The translations under genes and the position numbers were made by a program. The notes beneath the pieces are model-generated. The model saw only the letters and a list, made by a program, of their open reading frames with translations, made no database searches and was not told the DNA's origin. A stretch of DNA of 64,000 bases from Chara braunii (taxonomy: Eukaryota; Plantae; Charophyceae): positions 4,689,050 through 4,753,049 of the forward strand of contig BFEA01000033.1 of assembly GCA_003427395.1 (NCBI GenBank), written 5' to 3'. Each line of letters begins with the position of its first letter. Position 1 is the first letter of the stretch. Shown piece by piece: positions 1-12,260 of this stretch.

Positions 1-86
<86 letters not shown>
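1..86. repeat. (GA)n microsatellite
   Basis: Pure GA run. Many further (GA/TC)n tracts occur, often at N-gap edges. Confidence 0.98.
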
Positions 87-90
<4 letters not shown>

Positions 91-283
91 ACTAAATGGA
101 AATATGCGCTGCAATTCTGCTTCAGAAGACGAATTTCCCATGAAATTAACTCACCTTAAACTAGTAGTCTGAATCAAAGTGGTACTGGATGCATACGTAT
201 GAATGGAAAGATGACAGAAAGTAAAGGGGGTAACTCCAGTTCGTCGTAGCTGGTTGAGCCACCTCATTTGCTCTGGTCTCAGA

Positions 284-325
284 TTAGGGAATGTCCCAAG
301 GGATCTCTTCTGTGACTGACAGAAC
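284..325 (-). CDS. C1-FDX: C1-FDX-like exon 5 ([13 protein letters not shown])
   Basis: Acceptor ggaacgtgcAG ending at 326; TAA at 286-284; diagnostic PWDIP terminus. Confidence 0.9.
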   Translation of the reverse strand, partial: VLSVTEEIPWDIP

Positions 326-1527
326 CTGCACGTTCCAACACAGCAACAGGAGAAGGGCAACCCAAAAACACAGCAATGAGCCTATCTCAGACGGTACCCC
401 CACAAACTGTTTACATACAGACCCAACTTCGAATGCAGATGCAATCAGATAAACAGAGCGAACAATTCTGAATTGGCTGGGGCCCTGCAGGCAGTCAGTT
501 CAATGATGATATCTCAAAGCCGTCGCCCTTTTTTTTTTTCAATTTTTCTAAAGCAGAGAGATTTGATGAACTGTTAAAATTGGAACGATACAGAGAAGAT
601 TGGAACGATACAGAGAAGATTAGCATGGCCCCTGCGCAAGGATGACACGCATAAAACGAGAAATGGTCCAATTTAAAAATAAAATAAAAAGAGAGATTTG
701 ATGAACTGTAGACAGAGTCGTATGTGTCAGAAATGCATATGCCAAGACTGACAAAGACGGGCATCAAAACCTGATTAAAAAAACACCGTTACCTCTTATG
801 GCTGACCCAGCCACAAGTCTTCTTTTCTCCTTTCTTTATTTGGACCACCTCTCAGATTATGCATGTCATCCTTGTGCAAGGGTCATGCTGAAGTTCTCTG
901 TATCAAGTACAGTCTTGCCTTTTGAAACCATCCACCACAGGAGTGTGTGGTTAACAGCCTACCATACAGGTCAGGCCCATTGCTACTATGTTAATGCTAG
1001 GAAAGCATGAGCATGGTCATGTTTGTGATTTGTCAGCATGAACATAGAACCAGTGGGGAGTGCCCCCCACACTGAATCAATGTCTCCACTGGGTTAGGCA
1101 GACGTCCAGCCCAGACGGACGGGGAGGGGGCCTTCCGGCAAAACCAGACGAGCCAAAAAACATCCCAGGAATTTTATTTTATTATTTTTGAAGATGGGGT
1201 TGGGAGTGCGCTCGCTGAGAGGAGCCCAAATCCGCAGAGAAACTTGTTGGGGGGGGGCGGGGGGGGGGGGGGGGGGGGGGGGGGATTTGACAAGGGGGTA
1301 AAAGGTTGTGTTGTAGCGGCCAGTCCGCTGAGGGGAGGGGTTCGAGGAGAAGGAAGGAAGGAGTACAAGAAAAAGAAGAAGATGATGAAAGGAGGAGGAG
1401 GAGGAGGAGGAGGAGGACCTGTCGACTTTGAGTTGCGTTGACAGAAAAAAAAAAAAAAGAAAAAAAAAAAAAGAAAAGAAAAGAAAAGATGACGAAGGAG
1501 GAAGAGGAGGAGGAGGAGAAGAGAAGA

Positions 1528-1565
<38 letters not shown>

Positions 1566-1806
1566 TCTGGACACGTGGCAGTTGCTGTCTCTTATACACA
1601 TCTAGATGTGTATAAGAGACAGGTCATAGGTGGATTGAATAGGTTTCACCTATCTGATTTGTGATGGGGAGGCTTTTTGACACACATATTCTATTGACTT
1701 GGTAAAGTCTGAATGGNNNNNNNNNNNNNNNNNNNNNNNNNNNNNNNNNNNNNNNNNNNNNNNNNNNNNNNNNNNNNNNNNNNNNNNNNNNNNNNNNNNN
1801 NNNNNN

Positions 1807-1842
<36 letters not shown>

Positions 1843-2025
1843 TCTGGACACGTGGCAGTTGTATGCACACTGCTTCTGCCACGTGGCACTTCGCCTACTA
1901 AAGAAAACCAATGAGATAGAGAGGAGGAGGAGAAAGGAGGAGGAGGAGGATAGAAGAAGACCAAGGGAGGGGGAGGAGGTGGAGGAGAGAAGAAGACAAA
2001 GGGAGGGTGGAGGAGGAGAGGAGAA

Positions 2026-2096
<71 letters not shown>

Positions 2097-3178
2097 TGAA
2101 ACGTGGCACTTCGCCCAATGAAGAAAGCCAATGAAATAGGGAGGAGGAGGAGAAAGGAGGAGAGAAGAGGACGAAGGGGGAAGGAGGAGGAGGAGGAGGA
2201 GGAGGAGGAGGAGAAGGATCTGCCGGTTTCGTGATACGTCGACGAAAAAAAAAAAAAGGATGATGGAGGAGGAAGAGGAGAGAGAGAGAGAGAGGCTGAC
2301 ACGTGGCACTTCACGCAACGGTACTGTATCGACAACGACGGGGCAGCTTTCCGACGGCGGGCAGCGACGACGGGCAGCGGCGGCGGGCAGTGACAATGGG
2401 CATCGACGACGGGCACCTTGGCGAAGGCCGGCAGCGACGGGCACCTTGGCGAAGGCAGGCAGCGACGGGCACCTCTTTGGCGGGCAGCGGCGGCGGGCAG
2501 TGACGATGGGCATCGACGACGGGAACCTTGGCGAAGGCGGGCAGCGACGGGAACCTCTTCGGCGGGCAGCGACGAGACCACTTCGACGGGCAGCACGAAC
2601 TCGACGTTCGAATTCGAAGGCCGCCCGGACGAATGTGCAGTCGGCAGAAGAATTTGCGCGGGGGGGCGGGGAGGCTCCCAAGCGCGAAAAAACATCAAAA
2701 AAGGCCTCCCCGCCCCCCTGGGCCAAAAATGCGCTGGGCCCGCCCGGCATCAAACTGGGGCCCCCAACCGGCCGGGCCGCCCGGGACCCCTGCCGGATGG
2801 AGGCTGCGCCGCCGGGCGGCCTGGAGTTTAAGACAGTGTCTCCATGAATTACTAGAGAACCAGTGCACACCATCATACGGCCCTTACACAATCAGATTTC
2901 CTCTAGCACCGTTTACCATAACATGGCAAGGACCACCGTCCGGCTCAACACCACGGCTCCCAACAGACATCTACATCAGGGCCAACGCGGGACCTTACAA
3001 ACTGACCCCTCTGATTGTCATCCCTCCCTTTGAGAAATGCCGAGTTGTCATGGGAGGAGGTGGAGTGGGAGCTAACGAGGATCCGATGAGGAGGAACAGG
3101 AGCAGAGCAGATGAGGACACAGTCGCGCAGGAGCAGCAGCAGCGGCAAGGAGGAGAAAAGGCAGCACAGCAGAAGCAG

Positions 3179-3266
<88 letters not shown>

Positions 3267-3396
3267 NNNNNNNNNNNNNNNNNNNNNNNNNNNNNNNNNN
3301 NNNNNNNNNNNNNNNNNNNNNNNNNNNNNNNNNNNNNNNNNNNNNNNNNNNNNNNNNNNNNNNNNNNNNNNNNNNNNNNNNNNNNNNNNNNNNNNN

Positions 3397-3471
<75 letters not shown>

Positions 3472-4990
3472 CCCCTTCCCACCTGGAAAACCTTGAAACA
3501 TCATCCCCCCTACATCCCCCCTACCTGAAACCAGGAAGAGGCAGAGAGAGCACAAGAGACAAACACAGACACATTCACGGACGGACATGGCGGCCATTCA
3601 ACCACCCTGACCCCTGTAGGAACCTCTCCCTCTGTGCCCTCCACATAACGATCTCTGCCTCCACCCCCTCACCCACCCCCCTCATTGCAAATTCTCCATG
3701 CTCTTTTCTGACCATCTCTCAACGTTGCAACCTTTCCCCCCACATCATCAGCGCACATCAGTCGCTCATGTTTCCAAGTTTTAGTTCTCTTGGACTGTGA
3801 AAACAATGAAAAGTGTAAAGTTGCGAAAATCTGAGCTCCCAACGTGCCGTTCTGAATTTCTGGCAACCCCTCCAGCACTCAAGAACACATCGTGTGGCAT
3901 GTTGTATGCTCCTCACCTCCCTCACACTGTCCCTCACAGCCCGCACAGCATACAGCCCCCCTACCGCACCATTTAGGATGTGATATGCCATACCCTAAGG
4001 CATCCCATACAGTAGTTAGGGATCCGTACCTCTGGGCATAGGCCCTCCTCCGTGCAGGCACAGATTTGAACCGGCAACTTCGGCCTCAAGAACCAAGTAT
4101 CTTAACCACTACAGCGAGGGCACAGTGGTAAAAGTGGAACCATACCGGTCACGATATCCACCAGACCCCTGCAAGGCTGTAGTATCCACATGCAACCCGC
4201 ACCACACACAACATCACACAGATGCTAGCAATGCTCACACGTTTCGCTCCAAGTAGCGCATGACCCCCACCGTAATCAACCGCTCACTTATGTGGGTCTC
4301 GTATCTGTACAGGTCTGTACAACACACAGGCAATGGGTGCGCCATACAGTGCACCATGCAGGTAAGCCCCTACCCAGGGCACGTTCGCATCAGAAGAGAA
4401 CATTATGGGGGTCAGGAAAGGAAAGCCACACGTGTAACTGTCAATAAACAAAACAAAGAGTTCGAGTCCTGATGAAATCCGATGAAGACAATAAAGCTAG
4501 GGGTTATCCACTTCGTATAAAAACGAGTGCATAAATAGTTGAAGGGTAAAAAAAAAATGTTCCGAGGGTCAGGAAAAGGACAGATACACTAAGGGCTTGG
4601 AAATGCAAGCAGACTTACAATCCCGTCGTGCTCCTTGGTTAGCGGTAAAAGGCAGCTTAATCTCGAGCTGGAAAACGACACAAGACACCCAAAGCACCAC
4701 GAAGCAGAGCACAATCCACATCATCACTCTGTGTGCAAGCACAGTCCATGCAGAGGATGTTCCTTAAAATAAAAATAAAACAAAGGCAATGGCCTTGAGG
4801 TATTATCATGGAACCGACCGGCCCCAGGTAAGTCAAGAAACTCTTTCAACTAGTTCCACAAGGATTTGAACTCAGGTCTCTATTTCAACAGTTTTTCTAA
4901 TTCTTGGAGTGAAAGAATTCAGACAACCACGAATGTAGGGGTTCCCAGCACGTTGCCCAATGGTAAGAAAGAACTTCACAGCTTGAGGAA

Positions 4991-5027
<37 letters not shown>

Positions 5028-8000
5028 CATCGGGGCTTCCCTCCCACTGCTCTTCGATCTTACACCTCCATTGCTGCAAGTACAACCAGGCTCTGTTAGT
5101 TGCGTGCTAATTACCTCTAAGAGTATGAACTCTTCGCTTGGAATCTGATCAGCCAGTACTCGAACATACTGGAAATTGTAAATCATTGTAACATCAAGAA
5201 ACTCTTCTATTGCACTTCGGGCTGTCGGCGCTTAGGTTATTGCAATTCATCGGATTGAATCAGAATCCAATCTCCAGGCGTAAAGGGCACGTAAGCGGTG
5301 AATCAGGCGCGGAGCGGTGAAAGTCGCCAGCTCAACTGGTGGAATGCCTTCAAAACCGGTTCACTGGAGTAAGATAGAGGAAAGTGGAATTTCTAATATA
5401 GAGATAAAATTCACAGATATTAGAAGGAACACCAAAAGCGAAGGCAGCTTTCTGGGTCTCTACTGACGCTGTGCTTTGCACCTGCTGAGTAAGCTCCAGT
5501 TTAAGCTCTTCAGATAAGAATTGAGTGACCAACCTTTTGATCTCGACAGCATCTGCTGTTATGATAATAACAAAATCATCAGCATATCTTACATAGAAGA
5601 GTCTGGCGCCGCTGCCACTTCGTGGCCTTGGACATGTAAGAGTCATACAAAACCCAATTGTCTTGGTATTTCTTACCGTGAAAACCAAGCCAAGTTTGAT
5701 TCTCTGGGAAGTACTTATGCTTGATTCGTTGTCGACCCCAGGTAGGGTGCCGCACGCATGCAAATGCATACACAGCATGTGCTCGCAAGCATGGTCGTAA
5801 AACGATTACGACAGATTCAGAGTCAAGACAGCTTTGAGTACTTCAGTTGGGATTCAGAAACTCTCACGATGCAGAAGAAGCCGGTAGGAGGGAGCACAAA
5901 GAATCTGCGCACTCGCCTCTGCATAAGGACCAGCATCCTAAATACTGACACTGCGCCTCAGGAGAGTCGCAATATATACTTTTCTATCAGTCATGCCACA
6001 ACTAACGCATCTAGTCTAATTCGGGAAAGGAAATGCAACACAGCAGTTTCCTTGGTACCTTTCCCAGGCCAATTTCGAGAACTGGACATATATAACACAG
6101 CGGTTTTTTTAGATGAACAGTGCTACCAGACCAAAACGGCTGGCGGCACCAGGGAAAGGGAAAAAAAAAAATCCTGGTGGTCTGTGGCTTTTTCTTTACG
6201 TCCATGGGGAATCCAACTCTGCAAAAAAAGGCCGGCGCTATAGGTTTGGAAAAGTAGTACTGAGAAATTGCACAACATACCCACTGAGTCACAACACTTC
6301 TGAGAGAGTACCAACGTCCACCTGGGAGCTCAGATCTGCACCTTCCATGGCTTATCCAAAGGCCACGCATGTTCTCAAAAAGCATTTAGAGAATTTTAGA
6401 CACAGAATGACAGTAAACACTCAGAATCTAGTCTAATTGCCTAATTTGGTGCTTGTACTCAGAAGTGAGCACTGAGGCAAACCTGCGGACTGCTTTGTCA
6501 CTGGTGACACAAGACACACAACAGGCAGTTCGAGCAGTTGATCGGCCCAAAGTTTTTGCCAGTAATCCACCCATAAGTGGGGCCATTGGTAAGGGTGAGG
6601 CTTTCGAGAAAATTCAAACACGGACTTCGTGATTCAAAAACCCTCTGCTAATTTATCTACTACCTTGAGCGAGACAAAGAGGCTTCTGCAAACAGTCGAC
6701 CACCACTTTCACGTATTCCACAAACCAGTGCTGGTCCCCGGATGGACCGAGGACCCCTCCCCCGACCGGGAGCCTCCCGGTTGGACCGGGCAGTCGGCTG
6801 TCCCGATTGGCTGCCGGTCGCCCCCAGCGCATTTTGGCTGGGGTCAGAATTCAGGCAGGAAAGCCGCTTGGCTTCCTCCAGTGTCCTTATGGAGGTCGCC
6901 CCCGCTGGAAGAAAATTAGAAGGGGAGTACACCTTCTCTACAGATCAGATTCCTCGATTTCTTTGTAGAGGACAGATATTCTTCTTCAACTCCCACAGAG
7001 GAGTTCATTTAAAATCGTGTGGTCTGATGGACCACGGACCAGTTTATACTGACCAGTCCAGAATATCAGCTCGTCTCAGCCAGGAGATAGAAAACCATGA
7101 ATTCATGTGAAGGCTTCACCAAAGCTTATATGCTTCTCCTGCGTCCATGTGCTATAGAGAAAGAAGTTATGGGTTCGGGTTTCTGCTCATGACATCAGAG
7201 CAGCAATGTTGTAGAACGTGCAAACCCAAGCATGGACTTACCGGGTCAGAGGTCAAACCACACATGGCTTTCCACCTATTCTCCATCAGGGCTTCATTAT
7301 CAATTGCGGACTATAAAATTATATAAATAGTATAAAATCCACAACAATGGAAACGCTGCATCCTGCACTCCTAAGTGCATGCTCACACTAGGACTTTATC
7401 CACTAAGCTCTGGACATTATTGCGGTCGGATTCATCCCGTAATTGCGGCCCGATACATGTCGGAAAGTACTCGTGCGAGTATGCCGTAACATACAGAAGA
7501 ATAGAACATTTCGTATGCTACACTTGAACACTCTATCCATACGAAAGCCACCATGGGCAAAGGCAATATCACTACCACGTGCTGCCCAACATGTTAGAAA
7601 CACAAAGCTATACACCAAAAGATGAACAGGTGAAGAACACAGTAGGAGGATCCGCAGTAGCAGGCAGGGAGGGACATCGACCCGAGTGTTGAAAAGACGA
7701 GAAACAACGAGGTGTTAAACACAGTAGGAGGATCCGCAGTGACCGGATAGTAACTCGAGAAACAACGAGGCAAACCGTATATAATATATATAGAGTGAGG
7801 TTTACACATCAGCAGAAAAGGCACTTCCATGGGCAGGATGTTCCATAGGGAGCACAGAATTCATGAAAACTTACTGCCTCGTGATTTGACCAGGAGCATG
7901 ATCCACAAGGACATTCAATTCGTCTTTACTCCGTGGGGGGAACTTCGCCAGCCACTCGTCAGCAATCTCCACATGGCAGTTCCCCATGCAAACCTCCAGC

Positions 8001-10483
8001 CCTGCAGCGTGAGAACAAAAAAAAGGAACAATAGTAAATAATAACACCAACAATCCGATCATCATGCGCAACCATCAACTCCTGCACACTTGATAACCGT
8101 GTGCCATATTGTGAAGTTCGTACAGATGGTCACTTCATACGGCCACCATGCAGTGTTAGTACTACCCGCTTTCTCAGTTGGTGGCCAACTGACTGCGTGG
8201 CTACTTCCGTTTGCTGTACGAGTTTCCATCCTACTCAATATTGGAACGCTTCAGAAGAATCACCACAAAGACGTCTGCAGCACTCCGTCCGAGAACCAAG
8301 AAGACTAGGCACCTCCAGAATGCGTCTTTTTTTTTTTGGGGGGGGGGGCACCTCCAGAATGCCGTCGCTCTCAGAGCCAAGAATCTCGCCGATAACCCTA
8401 AGGCCCCTGACATACAAAAACGGTAAAAAACTCATGCATACAGCCGAACATTCACCTTGCCTGCTGGTTACTTCATTTCTCCGTCTTGTCTCCTCTCCCT
8501 GTCACCATCCAGCAACTTCCCGGTTTGCACCCAACAGTCTGTATCTTCAACTCTAAAGCATATTCCTCCTCTCCTTTTACCCCTTTTTCTCAAATAGGCT
8601 GGCCCCTAACTTTATTGTATCCAACAGACATGCATGCACAGACAAGCAGCACGTCTCTCTTTTGCAAAACAAAGCAGTGAAAGCACACATCAGCTCATAA
8701 GGGTTGGGTTGTTCTCTGCTAGGGGAGCCAAACACAACACAGAGGTTAAGACAAACCAGGGGCACTCAGAGACAGGCAGACACACAAGGCAAAGCAGAAA
8801 CAGAGAGAGAGAGAGAGAGAGAGAGGAAGGCTGAGAGGGGCAGTGAGGGAGACATACCCCTATCATGCAGTTTACAATGGCAACCAGTCTCAACACCACA
8901 ATCTTTCAGCGCTCCCAACACAGTGAGACCCTCCCGTTCTCTTGCTCGATAAGATTGTCTCCGCCCCTCCAAATCAACTGGGAGTTGAACCACACAGGAC
9001 AAGTTCAGCAAATATGTGAGCAGAAAGCATTATAACCAGATAATCATAGTGGCCTGACTGCATGCGCATCAGTTTCGACGAAACAACATGTTCGGAGGTT
9101 TCAGAAGAGCCCTGGTTCAACTTCAACGAGATACAACCACACGAACAACCACCAGAAAATAAAAATAAAAACAAGACGAAAAGAGGAACAGGTCTCAAAA
9201 ATTTGTTCTTTCCACTCAATCCACAAACAAACAGCAACTAATTTCAACCCGCACACACCACCAAACCAATCACTGAGTTCATTTTGCACTTGAGGACGAG
9301 AGAGAGAGAGAGAGAGAGAACTCCACCTTCACCAAGACGATCTTGTATACAAATGTCTTGCACGGCAGTAATTGGGTCATCATAAGCCATTGTTGACCAA
9401 CTTAATTGGTGGATGTAAACCACACCTTGACAACCCATGGATTTTCGTGGGTTTTTCGAGAGGGTTTTTATATGGGAGGGCTTTGGGCGAAGGATGGTGA
9501 AGAACAGGTAGTAGAAAGGCCCTATCCTCCTATATCACAACCCCAATAAGCGCTTAGGGTTTGATGTCAGCCATGTTATGTTGCCTTTAACACTCGCTAG
9601 CTCAATAACGATGGATAAAGCAAAACTACCGTCTCCACCCGACGAGAACGCCTGGTAACCATTGGTGCATGTGGACTGGAAGTCGCCCCAAATTCGGCTA
9701 TAATGACCGGGCATTCTATTCAGGTGAAGACGGTAGAGTCGGGTTTCCCTGCTGATGCTTCAAAGTCTGCTCCCTTGGCCATGGTTTCACAAGCTGGTAG
9801 GTAGGCAGGGACCTGAGGAATGGGATCGACAACATTGGCTCTGTGCAGCTGATCAAGTCCACTCCAGATTTGTCCTTCGGTACGTCCGTTAAAATTGGAA
9901 CGACACAGAGAAGATTAGAATGGCTACTGCGCAAGGAATGACACACTTAAATCGAGACATGGTCCAAATTTGAAACCAAAAAAAAAGTCTACCTCAGGTC
10001 TTGAACTGAGACTCGAATAAACAGAAAAGAAAGGAATTAGGGAACCAATGAAGGAAACAACTGTTCCATGCAAACATTGGGAAATGCCGTGACCATGCGT
10101 TGGAAGATGGTACTGTAGTGGGACGTGAGCGGACGTGACCATCGCCCATGCGCCTGTTGGCCCAACCTTCAGCACGTTTAACCCCTTCAGCCGCGCATCT
10201 TGTTCATTGCTATAGTCGGCCACACCTGTGGCTAAAGTGAGAGCTAAGACAACAACTATCACTGCTCTATACGTGATAGTAGCTGTACTAAATGAGGATC
10301 CATTTTGTTTGTAAGGCCATTAAAAGACTAAAAATGGCACCTAACCCTACAGCCATAGCTACATTCTGCTACAGCCGAGTAGGTATACTAAATTGCAACA
10401 TACTCACACTAGGCCCTCAAACTCGCAAAATCACAAAATGAGCGGCCAGATGGAGTCCTTGTAAAGGCAGGACTAGATCTGGC

Positions 10484-10514
<31 letters not shown>

Positions 10515-12067
10515 ACTAGATCTGGCTGCTCATTTTGGGATATTGCGATTTTGACGGCCTAGTTTAGTGTGCCCTTAGGATACCACTTTAGACTTTCAAA
10601 GGATGACGAAGTTGCACCTAGCGCTACAATCACAGCTACAGTGTGCTATAGCTGAAGTAGTTGTACTAAATAGGGTCCCATTTCCATTCTCCGCTTCAAA
10701 CAAATGGGAAACAAAACCATATTTACATTTATATTTCTAGTTTCTTTTCCGACCCCAATCCTAACTATATAAATAAAAAAAAACGATACGTGCGGGCTTT
10801 ATAGCTCTGGCAGCTGGTGACCTGGGCAAAATCGCTGTACATATGGTGACTCAAACAGGATATAATCATTGCGAAAGTCTCTCTTACTAAAGCCATTGTA
10901 GCTGTAAGGAGTCTCTCACAAACACTGCCACAGCCCCTACCTATAGCTACATACACCCCATAGTCAAACCTCCCATTTTCCCACAGCTATTACAGCTGTA
11001 CAGTCATAGCTACAGCTGCCATCTATCCCAAAGGTAGCCGCAGGGGGAAACAGTGTGACTCCCTCCCTCCGGAGCTGTATAAGCATACGAACAAGAGATC
11101 ATCATCGTTCCTCCTGCATTTTTGTAATCTCTTTCCCCCCGTCGACCCCTCACTTCACTCCCCTAGGATTACACGCTCGTTCATCATTTGTTCTCTCCCT
11201 GACGGTCATTTCTTCGCTCATATAGGCCCACCCATCACCGACATCGGTGGCACGCAGCTTGTACAAGCATACCAACAAGAGATCCCCATCGTTGCTGCTC
11301 CTGTTTTGTCATCTCTTCGCCCCGTCTTACCTCCAACTTGGTCCCCCTCCACGCTCGGCCATCACTTTTATCTCCCCTTCGGTTATAGGCCCACCCATCA
11401 CCGACATCGGTGGCAGGCAGCTTGCTAGCACCTCAAGCGATTTACTAAACACCAGAAGGAGGCAGATCGTCCGGATGCATCACGAAACTATAGTACGAGT
11501 TCCCGTCAATAAGACTCAAAACCTCACAACCTCCCAACGGCTAGTTGCTATTGCAAAGAAAAAACAGTGGAATTGCCAACGCAATAACGAAAACGGTTCA
11601 TGGCATAACGACGATGACGATGGCCATGCTGCCGGCGACGGCGAGCGGGGACAGCATGGAGCACGATGGAAGCAATAGTGCCGACGTTGATGCGGCCATG
11701 GTGACGACGACGTTGATCATCATGAGGACAATTAGAAGGACGATGATCCCATCAAACCCCATATCGATGATGATGATTCGGAGGAGGGGGATAATGGACG
11801 ATGAGGAGGAGGAGGAGGAGGAGGAGGAGGAGGAGGAGGAGGAGGAGGAGAATGAGAACGAGGATGGAGGAGGACGACGGAGGAGAATGAGGACAATTAT
11901 GGATGAGGATGACGAGGGAGTAGGAGGAGGAGGAATAGGGAGGGAGGAGGAGGAGGAGGAATGGGGAGGAGGAGGAGAAGGAGGATGCTGCACTCTTCTG
12001 GGTTCCCTGATACTGAACTGTTCAACCTACGGTCCTCTAGAGGGAACAAAAAAGAAAAAAACGAAAA

Positions 12068-12158
<91 letters not shown>

Positions 12159-12194
12159 ATGGAGGGGAAACAAAGAAATAAAAAAGAAAACAAA

Positions 12195-12260
<66 letters not shown>

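Noticed and set aside
151-360. 69-aa ORF as a gene or exon frame
   Set aside because: The real exon uses another frame ([13 protein letters not shown]); this frame has no recognisable homology.
1585-1622. Tn5 mosaic ends as a real bacterial transposon or HGT
   Set aside because: The exact back-to-back 19-bp ends are the Nextera mate-pair junction adapter.
1174-3800. Long ORFs (SLSL/ERER/poly-G/X), likewise 11545-14775, 25745-26705 and 62623-63997
   Set aside because: Products of microsatellites, GC-rich repeats and N-gaps.
4470-4490. CTGATGA...GAA as a second hammerhead
   Set aside because: No viable stem II, no GAAA and no stem III/cleavage triplet.
9872-9971. Functional U6 gene
   Set aside because: Substitutions in conserved regions, no USE/TATA upstream, and an A-tail instead of a T-run terminator.
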